In this document: piece by piece, positions 22,709-34,971 of the stretch
Numbering within the stretch: the first letter of the stretch is position 1
Layout of the letters: each line of letters starts with the position of its first letter
Source of the DNA: Okamejei kenojei
Lineage: Eukaryota
DNA length: 64,000 bases
Assembly (NCBI GenBank): GCA_035221665.1
Contig: CM069157.1
Coordinates: 14,446,001 to 14,510,000, forward strand
Direction of reading: 5' to 3'
Made by a program: the position numbers and the translations under genes
Notes under the pieces: model-generated
Database searches by the model: none
Told to the model about the DNA's origin: nothing
The model's input: the letters and a program-made list of their open reading frames with translations, nothing else

Positions 22709-25700
22709 ATCTCCTTCGCTCCTTAGATGCTGCTGCACCCGCTGAGTTTCTCCAGCTTTTTGTGTAATCCACAAGACAAAAGAAGCCAAATCCAATTCCA
22801 GTGACCTATTAAATGCATATATGGATACTAGCAATATTAAAGAGGTTTGGAGAGTAGAAAACCCAACTGGACGAGAATATTCATTTTATTCACCTGTACA
22901 TAAAACCTATTCAAGAATAGATTATTTTTTGGTTGATGCTAAACTTATCTCACTTACTTACAATTCAAAATACCATAATATTATAATCTCAGATCATGCA
23001 CCTTTAACATTTATGATTAAAATAAATGGTAAAATGGAAAAACGGGGACAATGGAGATTTAATCCACAAATTTAAAAAAACAAAGCAACTCAGGAATATC
23101 TTATAGAAAAATCAAGATTTTCTTTGAAATAAATGATAAACCGTAAATATCCTCTTCCCTATTATGGGAAACTTTTAAAGCATATGCCCGTGGAATTATG
23201 ATCTCTTCTCAAGCATTTTATAATAAAAAGAATCGGAGGGAACAAGAGGAATTGGAAAAGGAGATTAAACAATTAGACACAGAGATCCATCCATAACAAC
23301 ACATAATAAAATCGCTGCACTGAAATATAAATTAAATAAAATATACACAGATCAAATTGTAAAACTCTACCAATACACTAAACAATTACAATTTGAATTT
23401 GGAGATAAACCTCAAAAATTATTGGCTCGTCAATTTAGAAAGATGGAGGGAGAAAAAATAATCCATAGGATTAAATCATATAATGGCGAACCATTAGTAC
23501 AACCTAAATATATTAATGAGAGATTTTTGCAATATTATAAAAAATTATATTCAGCTAAAACGACAGAAAACAAGATAGGAATAGAAGCATTTTTAAAAAA
23601 AAAATGTAATTTGATTGGGTTGGATTCACAAAATAGAGAATCATTAAATGCTGAAATTTCAGTAAAAGAAATCGAAGAATCTATCAGATCATTAAAAAAC
23701 GGTAAAACACCGGGACCAGATGGTATAGGCCAGGAATTTTATAAAACATTTTATGATCTGATTGTACCACGTCTGAAGACACTCTATGAATACATTTATA
23801 CTCACCAGAAACTACCAGAAACATTAAATGAATCTATTATAACACTTATACCTAAAATAGACAAAGACCTGGATGACCCAGGATCATATAGAGCTATAGC
23901 TCTTTTAAATACTGATCAAAAGATACTAACCAAAATATTAGCACAAAGACTAAGTGCAGTTACTAATAAATTAATTCACCCCGATCAAACAGGATTTATA
24001 CTAAAACGATATTCCTCATATAACTTGAGACGGTTATACAATATTATATATTCAAAAAGAGATATTAATAAAGACCTAGTAATTATTTCGTTAGATACGG
24101 AGAAAGCCTTTGACCAGGTAGAATCGTCTTATTTGTTTTCGGTTATGGAAACTTTTAAGCTGGGAGAGAAGTTTATTACTTGAGTTAAATTATTATACAC
24201 TAATCCAACAGCCAGAATAATAACAAATCAAATGCTATCAACTAAATTTAATCTATTCCGAGGCTGCAGACAAGGTTGTCCTCTATCCCCATTACTGTTT
24301 GCACTTGCAATAGAACCTTTAGCTCAACGGGTGAGATTACATTCTGAACTATATGGAAATGACACCAGAGATACTGAAAATAAAATTTCTTTATATGCGG
24401 GTGATGTGTTACTTTATATTACAAAGCCGGAAATTAGTATCCCAAATTTACTAAAATTAATATCTGAATTTGGATTATTTTCAGGATATAGAATAATTGG
24501 AATAAAAGTGAACTTATGCCAATAATGGTAAAAAAAACATATATACTACAACAATTTCCTTTTAAGATAGCAAACGAAAAAATCAAATATCTTGGAATTC
24601 AGGTAACAAAAAGATTTGACTCTTTATTTATATCCAATTTTCCACTTTTATTGAATAAATTAAATAAGAACATTTTATATTGGAAAACATTACCTATCTC
24701 AATGCTAGGTAGAATTAAAGCAATTAAAATGATTTTGCTCCCACAATTACTATATCTTTTCCAATCGATTACGATATATCTTCCTAAAAATATTTTTAAG
24801 AAGGTTGATTCTATAGTCACCAACCTTATCTGGGATTATAAGAGCCATAGAATAAATAAAAAAACATTTATGTAAACCAAAAATAAATGGAGGTTTAGCA
24901 CTACCAAACTTTATGTTTCATTACTGGGCAGTTAATATTAAAAATATGAATTTTCGGTTTGTAGAGACAGATAAACAACCAACCTGGTTAAAAATGGAAA
25001 AAGAAGATTGTTCGCCTTTTGAAATTAGTTCGATTTTATTCGCCAATATTAAAATAGGTAAGAAAACCTATAGTGAAAACCTTATAATAGAAAGTGGAAT
25101 ACGTAACTGGAAACAAATAAAGAAAACACTAAAATTGGAATGTATACCACTAGCCCTTACCATCATAAATAATGTTACATTTAAACCCTCAATGATGGAC
25201 AAAGGTTTTTTACAATGGAAAAACTATGGAATTAATAAGATGGGAGATCTCTACAGAGAAAATTATTTCCTTTCATTTCAAGAATTACAACAAATTTATG
25301 GATTACATTCAAAAGATTACTTTAGATATCTACAAATTAGAGACTATGTAAAAGCAAATACACAGGAAATTAGAAATAGAAAGACAGAAATTTTAGATGA
25401 ATGTCTAAATAAACACCCGAACACAGAAAAATTGATATTATATATTTATAATATTTTACTGGAAAACGATGCCCCAATGACAGAAATATATAGGCAATCA
25501 TGGGAAAACGAATTAGGTCAAATCATTAGACCTGAAATATGGGATGAAAGTCTACATCATATACACCACTGCTTGTTAAATGCTAGACACTCTATTATAC
25601 AATTTAACATATTACATAGACTACATTATTCAAAATCCAAACTACATAGTATTTTTTCAAATGTATCTGCCATATGTGATAAATGTCAACACTTAGAAGC

Positions 25701-28157
25701 TAACTTAACGCACTCATTTACAAATTGTGTAAAAATTACTAAATTTTGGACAGAGATATTTAAGATTATTTCGAATGTTGTTAATATGAATCTGACCCCT
25801 GACTCTAAGTTAATAATACTGGGAATATTAGAAACAGATCAATTAATAACAACAAATCAAATAATTTTTATTGATTATAGTTTAATAATTGGGAAAAAAA
25901 ATATTATTGAAATTCTGGAAAGGTCCTACATCCCCCACAATCAAAATGTGGATTACAGGAATGTCGGAGCCACTTCATCTGGAAAGATTAAGGCTTGTCC
26001 TATTGGACAAGTTGGATCTTTTCAGAGGAATATGGTCTCCATTTATTGAATATCTAAAGGGTCAAAATGGCTCGGTACGAGAGCCTGACTGAAGCCTGAA
26101 TAATGGAATAGATGAAGAATCACGTGTAACAAATCATGGATATATCTCCAATGATGGATAACTTCTTTAATACTCCATTCATTCCTACTCTTACTTTATT
26201 TTTCTCTATCTTTTCTTACCTGTAAAAAAAAAGTATAGAAATATATGACATAATTGTTAATATTAATAAAATTACGAATGTATGTGAGAAGTACACTCTA
26301 TTGATATGTACTTACGTCTAATAAAAATATTTAACAAAAAGGAAATGTGAGGCATAACAGTTAAAGAAAGAAGGTGTGGGAGAACATCTGGTGAATAGTG
26401 ATCACAATATTATGACAAATGTCTTTGGCTGTCTACAGGCACGGTGCCAAACAAACTGCCGCAAAATAATGTGTTTCAGCAGCACAAATTGCTCCATAAA
26501 TACCCCAGGCTTTTCTCTTTCAAAAACTCCTTTCTTACTGTATGCCAGAAGCTACCTAGCCTGACTACACCTTATGATTCTCAAAGGAACATTGGAGTAA
26601 GAAAGTCAGAACTTCATGCCAAAGGCCTTATTATAATTTATATTAACAGGTTAATCGGTATTTGGCAGCCCAATCATGGGAAAGTGCAAGGGAATTTGTG
26701 AGGAGTAATTTTGTGGAGGAAATTAGGCTGATTGGCGTCTATCCAAGTTTTCTTCTGAGAAAAAGTTGTGCATTATTTATGCAATGCTAATACACCTAAA
26801 ATGCAGAATAAATTCATCCTCAACACTATTAACCTTGTTCGATAATGCTTTCCATCTCAAAAAGTTTACATATATGCCCTGGGTATTTCACAATATGGAT
26901 TCTGTCTGATGTTATTAGTAAATAATGAATTAAAAGATGTCGATTCATTTATATGTTCACGCATCTTCATAATATTTTAGGATAGAGACATTATTGAAGG
27001 AGGCATTTTCAAAATGGGAGTTAGCTTGGTGCATTAGAGAATCATTGCTACATATCTCCAATGGGTATAGCAAACCTGTTCCATTGAATTAATTGTATTC
27101 GCTAAAGTTTAAGCAAAGATTAACAGATTGGGATGATAAAATAATAAATGAAAGAATTAGTCAGGATAACATAGGTGAAGGATGGGAAATTTTACTGGCT
27201 TTGAAAAAAGCGAGAGAAGCTGGATATATTTATGAAGTTGGCAAGTATCCGTAGGGAGAAGACATTCTCAGGAAGTTGGGAATCATATGTGGGAGAGGAA
27301 TAGAGTTAATTGTTTAGTCAATAAATTTATGCATCTCTCTTCACAGACGCTGCCCAACCTGCTGAATAATTGCAGCACATTCACATTTCCAAAATGCACC
27401 ATATTTTTCTTCTGCGTACTCATGTTGCTTCAGCTAATATTCCTTCCAAAGTGATACAAAACTGATTGTTCACCTTGTCATCGTAGGTAAGACCATGTTC
27501 TGCCCTAAATAACTGTTGTATTTTACATCCAAATAAATCAATATGTGCAGAGCACTTTCAGATGTTCCTAGAAGGCTGGACTACATACAGGCTGGAAACT
27601 TTCTTCCTGACCCACCTTCGCATCGTGTAATTCATGTTCGTGAGTAACAAATTACTGGGGAAGTTTTCCCATTTTGGTTTCCTATTTGCTAACTGTGGGT
27701 TGAAACTGTGGGATGCCTCTCCTACAGTGTGGACAAAACATTACGAAGGAAGCTGATTTTGTCTAGAAAGTTAACAAATAATGTAGCATTGGAAGTCTCT
27801 GAAAGGTTTCACCGATTATAAACCATTTCACAAGTTTTCCTTGTTGTATTTCTGATCACTGTTAGCTCCTCCATGGGGATTGAGTGTTCACCAAGATGTG
27901 AAGAAATGCCTCTGCACACTGGAACAAGAGGACAGACACATCATTCAGTCACTATTCCACTGCTTGATCAGGTCATGTCTGATCTAACTTTTAACTCAAT
28001 TAATCTGCCATTTACCTTGACAACTTAATCAAGCACAATTCTATAAATATCAGTACTGAAAATCTAAATTGACCATCCATCCCTGATCTTGGGGGCAGAA
28101 ATATTTCACCTTCATTCTCCTGGTCCACTTGATCTATTGTTTTTCCTTTCATTTGAT

Positions 28158-28400
28158 CAAGAGTCAAGTCAAGTGTGTTTTATTGTCATATTGTCCTAAA
28201 ACAAAACAATGAAATTCTTATTTGCAGTAACACATCAGGTATGTAATCATTATGCTCAGTTGATGCCATAATAAATAACAAAAAGAAGTTCACTAAATTA
28301 AAAAAACCAATATAGAGCAAAAATAAAAACAAATCCCTATGTCCCTAGTGCAAACAAGGCAGTTAATAGTTTGGAGTTTAATTGAGTTTGGAGTTCAGGT
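28158..28400 (-). mobile_element. Rex/Babar-like 3' tail fragment
   Basis: caagagtcaagtcaagtgtgttttattgtcata...aatgaaattcttatttgcag. Confidence 0.55.
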
Positions 28401-28931
28401 TTCAAGTCCTTTCTCTGAATTTGCAAGATAGCATAGTTGAACATGTAACAGGTAGGAGCAGGGGTTTACTGCAATGTTACATCTGATCATCAATGTATGA
28501 AGATATCAATTCTCCTGTGCTGTGCTTCCTAGCGTGGGTGTACCGGTGACGTTATAATTACATGACTTAATTTTGTTCCGTTTATATAAATTACATTTTC
28601 CTTTCTCTTGAAAAAAGGTTGGTGTCCATAACTGTCGCAGAATGAGTAGCTCTGGGGCTTGTTTGAGGAAGACAGTGTAGGATTCTCTGTTGCTGCTTGC
28701 AACACCATCCCCATAATGACATTATGAAACCACAATGTCATTCTGAGCGCAGTGCTCGTTCCCAGGAGCCTGGACATGATGGTAATATGATCGTTGATAA
28801 TGATCCTGCAAAATCTGGGCAGGCCCACTTTCAACAGAATTCTACCGACCTTTCGTTTCAATGGTTTTGCCAGGAGTGAGCATAACAGTCATTGTTATGT
28901 AGTGTTTCCATTCTTCATGTGATTAATATGA

Positions 28932-29170
28932 GTAACTTCTTTACTCAGAGGGTGGTGGCTGTTTGGAATGAGCTTCCAGCAGAAGTGGTGGAGGCAGGAT
29001 CGATTTTAACATTTAAAAGTAAAGTGGATAGGTATATGGACGTGAAGGGAATGGAGGGGTATGGTCTGAGTGCAGGTAGATGGGACTAGGGGAAAACAAA
29101 TGGTTGGCACGGACTGGAAGAGCTGAGAGGGCCTGTTTCCGTGCTGTAATTGTTATATGGTTATATGGTT
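28932..29170 (+). mobile_element. CR1 LINE 3' end, subfamily with (tatatggt)n tail
   Basis: NFFTQRVVAVWNELPAEVVEAGSILTFKSKVDRYM. Confidence 0.9.
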
Positions 29171-29182
29171 AATATACTAATC

Positions 29183-29317
29183 TTCTTCTTTCGTGTGGCG
29201 TGCACAGCCTAAAGTTGTAGGACAACTTGTTCTATTTGATCTTCTGTTTGTGCACGTCGAGTTGATTGCATTAGTCGAAACAGGGCGGACCACGTGAAGG
29301 TTGCACTCTTCCACCCC
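29183..29317 (-). mobile_element. 135-bp ribozyme-headed non-autonomous retroposon (Vingi/Ingi-like tail)
   Basis: 11-bp TSD atatactaatc at 29172-29182 and 29319-29329; minus strand starts GGGGTGG and ends GCTGTGCACGCCACACGAAAGAAGAA; no tRNA A/B boxes. Confidence 0.8.
29264..29317 (-). ncRNA. Minimal HDV-like (CPEB3-type) self-cleaving ribozyme
   Basis: P1 GGGGUGG/CCGCCCU (G1-U wobble), J1/2 AA, P2 GAGUGCA/UGCAAUC (6/7), P3 ACC/GGU, L3 UUCACGU, J1/4 GU, vestigial P4 UUCGA, J4/2 CUAA with the catalytic C. Confidence 0.85.
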
Positions 29318-29341
29318 TATATACTAATCCATTAAAGAGAA

Positions 29342-29435
29342 CAGTCTGACGAAGGGTCTCGACCCAAAACGTCATCCACTCCTATCCAGAGATGCTGCCA
29401 TTTCGCTGAGTTACTCCAGCATTTTGTATCTATCT
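29342..29435 (+). mobile_element. Penelope pLTR tail insertion with decayed hammerhead
   Basis: cagtctgacgaagggtctcgacccaaaacgtc (GAAA to AAAA). Confidence 0.8.
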
Positions 29436-30816
29436 AAAGTGAATAGCAGTCAGGTCAAAACTGCAAAGTTACTGATTAGATCTGACCAACCACATTTTGG
29501 ATATGAAACATTGAATATATCTGCAGAATTGGCCGTCTACATTCCTAGTTTAAAGCGTTAATGATAGAAACAAAAAAAATCATGAATCAATCAGGACATT
29601 CCAGAGAGAGAGATCTACAAGAGACCGTTGGAATCTTGCAGAACAAAGAATCTGCCATAGGAAATCAATGGATCAGGCAGAATCTGGACAGGGAAATGGA
29701 CAGACAGCATTTGTCTCTTCTTCGGACCTTTCTAGGTGCAGCGGCCAAGATGAACCAACTTTCTGACTGAAAAGTGCTAAAAGTGAAAAAGGCTCACCAA
29801 AGCTTTGACATTAGACTTTAAATAGTTGCCATTGGAATATTGTAGCTTTGTTTTGAATAAAGGGAAATTGTCAATTCAAATTTAAGTTTGTATGTTCAGA
29901 TGAAAATATCAGACAATTATTTAAACAGCCAGTCATGATGCTATGCAGACATCAAAGTGAAGCATATTTATGAATGAGAAACAAAGAACCAAAAACACAT
30001 TTTCTAGCCTCTGCCTGTCTAAGTTATGACTATTATCTGACCGATATGTCTCCAACACTTCATAATTGATTTCATTCCTGACGAACAACAATCATGGTAA
30101 CCTCCATTTCACATGGAGCCAATAGTGCATTATACAGAAATGATAAGAAATAGCAAGCCACATGATTTTACAGCCCTCAGTAAGATCAAAGGTGATGTAA
30201 TCCTGGACTTCGAACTTCATCTTCACCGTCTAACCTCAACAACACTTGATTGCTCTGTAGTCCCAAAAAAGCTATCTCAACTTTGATTAGGTTCAGTGAC
30301 CCAGCATTCACAACTTTCCAAATAGAGAACTCCAAAGATTCACAAGTCTCTTGAGAAACTATTGCTCCTCATCTCTGTTTTGTGGCCAGCTCTTGTCCAT
30401 AGGCTGTCCCCCTCATTCTATACTCACTCTGTCCAGAGGAAATATCCATAACAACATTTACTCTATTTACTACACTATTGGAAAGATGTGACAATGCTGG
30501 GGAGGGCAAAGTGGCGATCCACCAAGATGCTAATTGGCATTAAGAATTTTAGATATGAAGTGAGTCTGAAGAGGCTGGGGCTTTGAATGAACGGGAAGCC
30601 ATGTTTTGGCTAATCTAAACTGATCATAGACTTCATTGTGTAATAGCAATTCCAAATTTGCTCTGGATACAAATCCTAATATATTGGAGGCTTGGATTAT
30701 TGTCTGTGTGGAGACATTTAAGGAATCTTCCACATGACTAAATTTAGAAAGAGTGTGATTGGTAGGGTTCTGTAAAGAGCCATGCAAATGCTCCAAATGA
30801 AAGTAGAAATAAGCTG

Positions 30817-30948
30817 TTAAAGAAGGAACTGCAGATGCTGGAAAATCGAGGATTTACACAGAATGCTGGAGAAACTCAGCGGGTGCAGCAGCATCTATGG
30901 AGCGAAGGAGATAGGCAATGCTTTCGGGCCGAAACCCTTCTTCAGACT
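30817..30948 (-). mobile_element. Penelope pLTR tail insertion
   Basis: Closely matches the reverse complement of the 22675-22766 tail; minus strand ctgaagaagggtttcggcccgaaagcattgcc. Confidence 0.85.
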
Positions 30949-31199
30949 CAAAAATAAGCTATTGTTTTCAGAAAATAAAGTTCCCTCAGCCTTGAATAAG
31001 GTCACTTTGTGAGATGCCAAGTTTGGGCCCATTCTGTGAATGGGGTTGCAGGAGGCTTCCATTGCATGAATTTTTTGACTGACCAGTACATAAGGGACCA
31101 ATGATGATGTTAGTGTCCCAAGTAGCAATTGTCATGTGATTTATCAATGGAGTAAATCCCTCAAAATGCCAGGATATACCACTGGTAGATGGTGCTGCA

Positions 31200-31750
31200 C
31201 TGGCTTGAGTTGACTGGAAATAGCTCTGTATCTTAAGATAAATTATAGCATATTTATGATTGCAAGGAAACATAATGAAACATGGAGAGTTCATGCACTG
31301 GACAAATGCATGAATAAAAATAACCTCTCCCATATCAGAGTGCCATGGGTGAATCTTGCAGCCAGTGGGTATTAGAATCATCACAGCACGATTCCTTTCT
31401 GGCTACAGCTGATCTCCTACTGTGATGAAGGCCTTTGATCTTCATAAAAATATATCTTAGTTATTCTTCAGCAAAGATGTACTCCTATAAAGACCATGGA
31501 GATCAAAGGCTTCCATCACAGTGTGAGAGCAGGTAGTTCCAATAAAAAACCAGGCAATGATAAATCTCCTGCTGCTACACCATTCTTTCAATGGCTGTGG
31601 AATTAATTCATGGTACTGTGATATGGGAGAATTTGTCTTGATTTACGCATTTGTCCAATTCCGTATCTCTTATTACTTCCTGCCCTCAGGCAATCAGATG
31701 GATGCCATCATATATAGTTCAACAGCACAATCATTTTCCATCAGCACCAA
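31200..31750. repeat. Long decayed inverted repeat (foldback)
   Basis: 31419-31445 pairs with 31496-31522 (24/27); 31298-31363 pairs with 31592-31657; weaker pairing further out. Confidence 0.8.
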
Positions 31751-32121
31751 ACTATTCACCTCTCTTATCAAATTCTGAATTTTTGAGTGACCTACTTTCA
31801 TTCCATCTGCTCGATGGAGCATTAACATTATCAACGGGACACATCAGTGATGTTTGACATTATGGATGTTCAAAACAAATGGGGCCATGTCTTGTATGGG
31901 AAGATCAGATACAGAGTGGGCCCGAGTCTGACTTTACAGTAATTGTCATTATATCTACAGCCATTGCAATAATTTAACTCCCATTGCAGGCTGCTTCACA
32001 AGTGATCAAGCTAGTTTAATTTCAACTTCCACTGGTCAATGGTGGCAATTGTTGCTCGCTCAAGCCATACTGTCGGCCACATGTGCCCACAGCCATTAAT
32101 GTGATTATATGTAAGAACTGT

Positions 32122-32422
32122 GCGGCCCGGTGGTGCAGCAGTAGAGCTGCTACCTTACAGTGCTTACACTGCCAGAGACCCGGGTTAGATCCCGACTGCA
32201 GGTGCTGCCTGTACGGAGTTTGTACGTTCTCCCCGTGGGTTTTCTCCGGTTTCCTCCCACGCTCCAAAGACGTACAGGCTTGTTGGTTATTTGGCTTGGT
32301 ATAAATGTAAATCATCCCTAGTGTGTGTAGGATGGTGTTAATGTGCGGGGGCCGTTAGTCGGTGCGGACTCCGTGAGCCAAAGAGCCTGTTTCCGCGTTG
32401 TATCTCTAAACTAAACTAAACT
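32122..32422 (+). mobile_element. Full-length tRNA-derived SINE (HE1-like)
   Basis: A box TGGTGCAGCAG (32131), B box GGTTAGATCCC (32183), tail ctctaaactaaactaaact. Confidence 0.9.
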
Positions 32423-33539
32423 GGTGTGAGGCTGAGTCAGCACAAATAAAACATGAATGATAGACACAGAGCAATTGAAAACATGTCAGTGTTTGTACCC
32501 ACCTGATCAAGAATGGATGGATGCTCCATCAACTGCCAGCAATCACCCTCGGGCATTGAAATGGGACTGGTGATGAACCGATAGAAAACAGAACCAAAAG
32601 AAATTCTTCGCTGGACCTTTGTACAAGAAAAGGCATCTTACAGTTCCTATTGGTGTTATGATAATCTATAACATCATGTAAAAAAAATCGTCATATTAGT
32701 CATCCTCCAAATAACTTGCAGAAGGAAAAGTAAATCACCTCTCAGATATGTTAATAAATTAATAAGACAAACATACCTGAATGTCACATAATTCTTAGTG
32801 TACTTATCACTCCACATCAACCCACGTGTCCATTTTTCAAGGGTACGATTATTCATTAGTTTCTGGCATGCAGCTACTAGTCTGCTTCAACATTTTTATT
32901 TTATATACATCATAAATCTTTGATTGTTTTTTGGAGGCAATCTCAGATGGGGAACAGCTCATCATGTGAAGCCTCATGGATCTTTTTCAAATGGGATTAC
33001 CTGATTTAAGAGCATAAATTATGCAAAATCATTCAGCAAATCCCCCGTCAGTCCACTTGCAATATTCATGCAATACTTAGTGGGTGATAGCATTATTTCT
33101 GAACAGGGGTGTGAAGTTGTAACTCTACAGGGACAACCTGTTGTAGCAGATGAGAACGTAGAGATCTACAGAGTATAATATGAAATGTTTCAGTTACTCC
33201 CAGTTGGGCTCAGCTATTTCACAGTAATGAATGCTTTATGACTAATGCGAACAATCACTTTTAATGCATATCAATGTTTTATGAGCAACAAAGCAAACTG
33301 CAGGGAGAAATTAGCTAATATGTCCTCGCATCTATAAGGTAATGCATATGTGGTTGAGTTAGTTATTCTCAGTTTTATACTGAAATAATGATGTATGATA
33401 TCACAAATTAAAGATAAGATTTTATGCAACAATGGTGTTAAAAGGATAAAGAGTTGCCCAGAAGTAAATGACTTGCAAGCACAATGCAAACATCACTGCC
33501 TGCAAGTTATTTTCTCCCATCATCTATCATTCTGGTTTG

Positions 33540-33990
33540 GTTCAATGGTTCTTTATTATTTCAGATACAGTACAGTGAAATTATTTTTTTGGAAAACAGT
33601 TCAGTAAAGTATTGCCAATCCTAAACACAATTCCCGTTAGTTAGTACAAAGAACATAGAAATAGTCCACTGAAACCACGTGGAAGGGTCGCCAGGTTGGG
33701 GCGTTATTTTTAAAGTCCAGCCTGGTCCGTGCGCTCGTGTTTTCTGGAACGGCACCTGATCCAGGTGAGCCCCAGGCTGCTGCAGGGCCTCCAGTCGCCA
33801 CCCTTCGTTGGGATCATCGAGCGAACTGTGGTCCCGCACCTCGCCCGACCACCTTTAGCTTTTGTGCCTTGGGGGCAACTCCCGCACCTGACCTTGAAGA
33901 TGCGGAAGGTAACACCCCGGCTCACTCTCTTCGCAATTTCACATCCTCCCCCGGTACTTTGCGTGCCCCTGGATGCAAAGAACTTCCCTT
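33540..33990 (-). mobile_element. GC-rich non-autonomous repeat (family B, copy 1)
   Basis: Colinear with 62655-63015 (cagttcagtaaag..., agaaatagtccactga, cacctgatccagg, ccccaggctgctgcagggc). Confidence 0.7.
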
Positions 33991-34159
33991 ATTTTTAAAG
34001 GGAATGTTATTCACAGGCTGATGAGGGAAGGGAAGTAAAGATAATGTGTAATCCATTAGAGGAACGAGAAAGAGAGACATAAAGAAGGAAACTGTTTAGG
34101 GAATAAGGTGGAAATTGGTCATCTGGCATGTGTTCAGATTTTAAATGTTTCATACATTT

Positions 34160-34465
34160 GCATAAAATAAGTCATTCTGCCCATTAAGTCTATGCCAGCT
34201 CAGAGCATTTCTACCAGTCCCAATTATGGCCCTGAAATCTCTTCACTCTCACATACATGCCAGTCCCCTTGATTCTCATTTCTGTTAGAAATAATTTGCA
34301 GCAACCCATTAGCCTCCTGTGAGATGTGGGAGGAAATACTGGGGGAAACCCACACGGTCACGTTACAAAAATGCAAAGTCCACATATTCAGCAACCAAGG
34401 TCAGGATTAAACCTGGTTGCCAGAGCTGTATAATACCAGCACTTTCTGCTATGCCACAGTGCTGC
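34160..34465 (-). mobile_element. Older tRNA-SINE (HE1-related)
   Basis: gatgtgggaggaaatactgggggaaacccacacggtcac...ggtcaggattaaacctgg. Confidence 0.68.
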
Positions 34466-34739
34466 CAGTGCAAACCCAGTTCCTCAACGCAAGTGAATGT
34501 TAAATCGTATTTTACAATGATGTAATCATTGTTTCTTGATAAACAGCAGTAACAAAAACACAAAGTTAGCTTAGCTTAGGTTCGAGATACAATGTGGAAA
34601 CAGGTCCTACGACCCTACTTTAGCGGTGGTCTGAGTTGGGAACTCACTGAGTCTTCATATCAAGTCAACTGAGTTGGAAGAGGAGTTGGATGTAGAGCAT
34701 TGCACAGAGCCAGAACTGGAAGAGTGCAGCAGCATCATT

Positions 34740-34971
34740 GAGTTGTGAATCTGTGCAATTCTCTGCCACAGAAGGCAGTGGAGGCCAATTCACTGGATGT
34801 TTTCAAGAGAGTGTTAGATATAGCTCTTAGGGATAATGGAATCAAGAGATATGGGGAGAAAGCAGGAATGGGGTAATGATTCTGGATGATCAGCCATGAT
34901 CATATTGAATGGTGGTGCTGCCTCGAATAGGCCGAATGGCCTCCTCCTGAACCTATTTTCTATGTTTCTAT
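34740..34971 (+). mobile_element. CR1 LINE 3' end inserted in the SINE
   Basis: RVVNLCNSLPQKAVEANSLDVFKR; (tttctatg)n tail. Confidence 0.9.

Larger units (their letters stand above)
20316..22766 (+). mobile_element. Penelope-like element (Neptune-type), 5'-truncated, inserted in the L1 endonuclease domain
   Basis: 9-bp TSD atccacaag at 20307-20315 and 22767-22775; L1 sequence resumes after it; abrupt switch to C-rich composition. Confidence 0.95.
19822..26092 (+). pseudogene. L1 ORF2 (APE endonuclease, RT, CCHC), disrupted
   Basis: SWNIKG, IQETH, VNVYGPN, GGDLN, SRIDYF, SDH; RT GCRQGCPLSP and YAGD (catalytic YADD mutated); CDKC...H...C; stops, frameshifts and PLE insertion. Confidence 0.93.
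19815..26340 (+). mobile_element. L1-clade LINE, 5'-truncated at the ORF2 start, interrupted by a Penelope-like element
   Basis: 14-bp TSD ggaaatgtgaggca at 19801-19814 and 26341-26354; AATAAA at 26320-26325 and A-rich tail; colinear with the 38231-44405 copy. Confidence 0.95.

Noticed and set aside
28529-28879. 110-aa and 60-aa ORFs in unique sequence
   Set aside because: No recognisable domain and no convincing splice boundaries
32122-32200. tRNA-like A and B boxes
   Set aside because: SINE heads; no complete cloverleaf, so no tRNA gene is called
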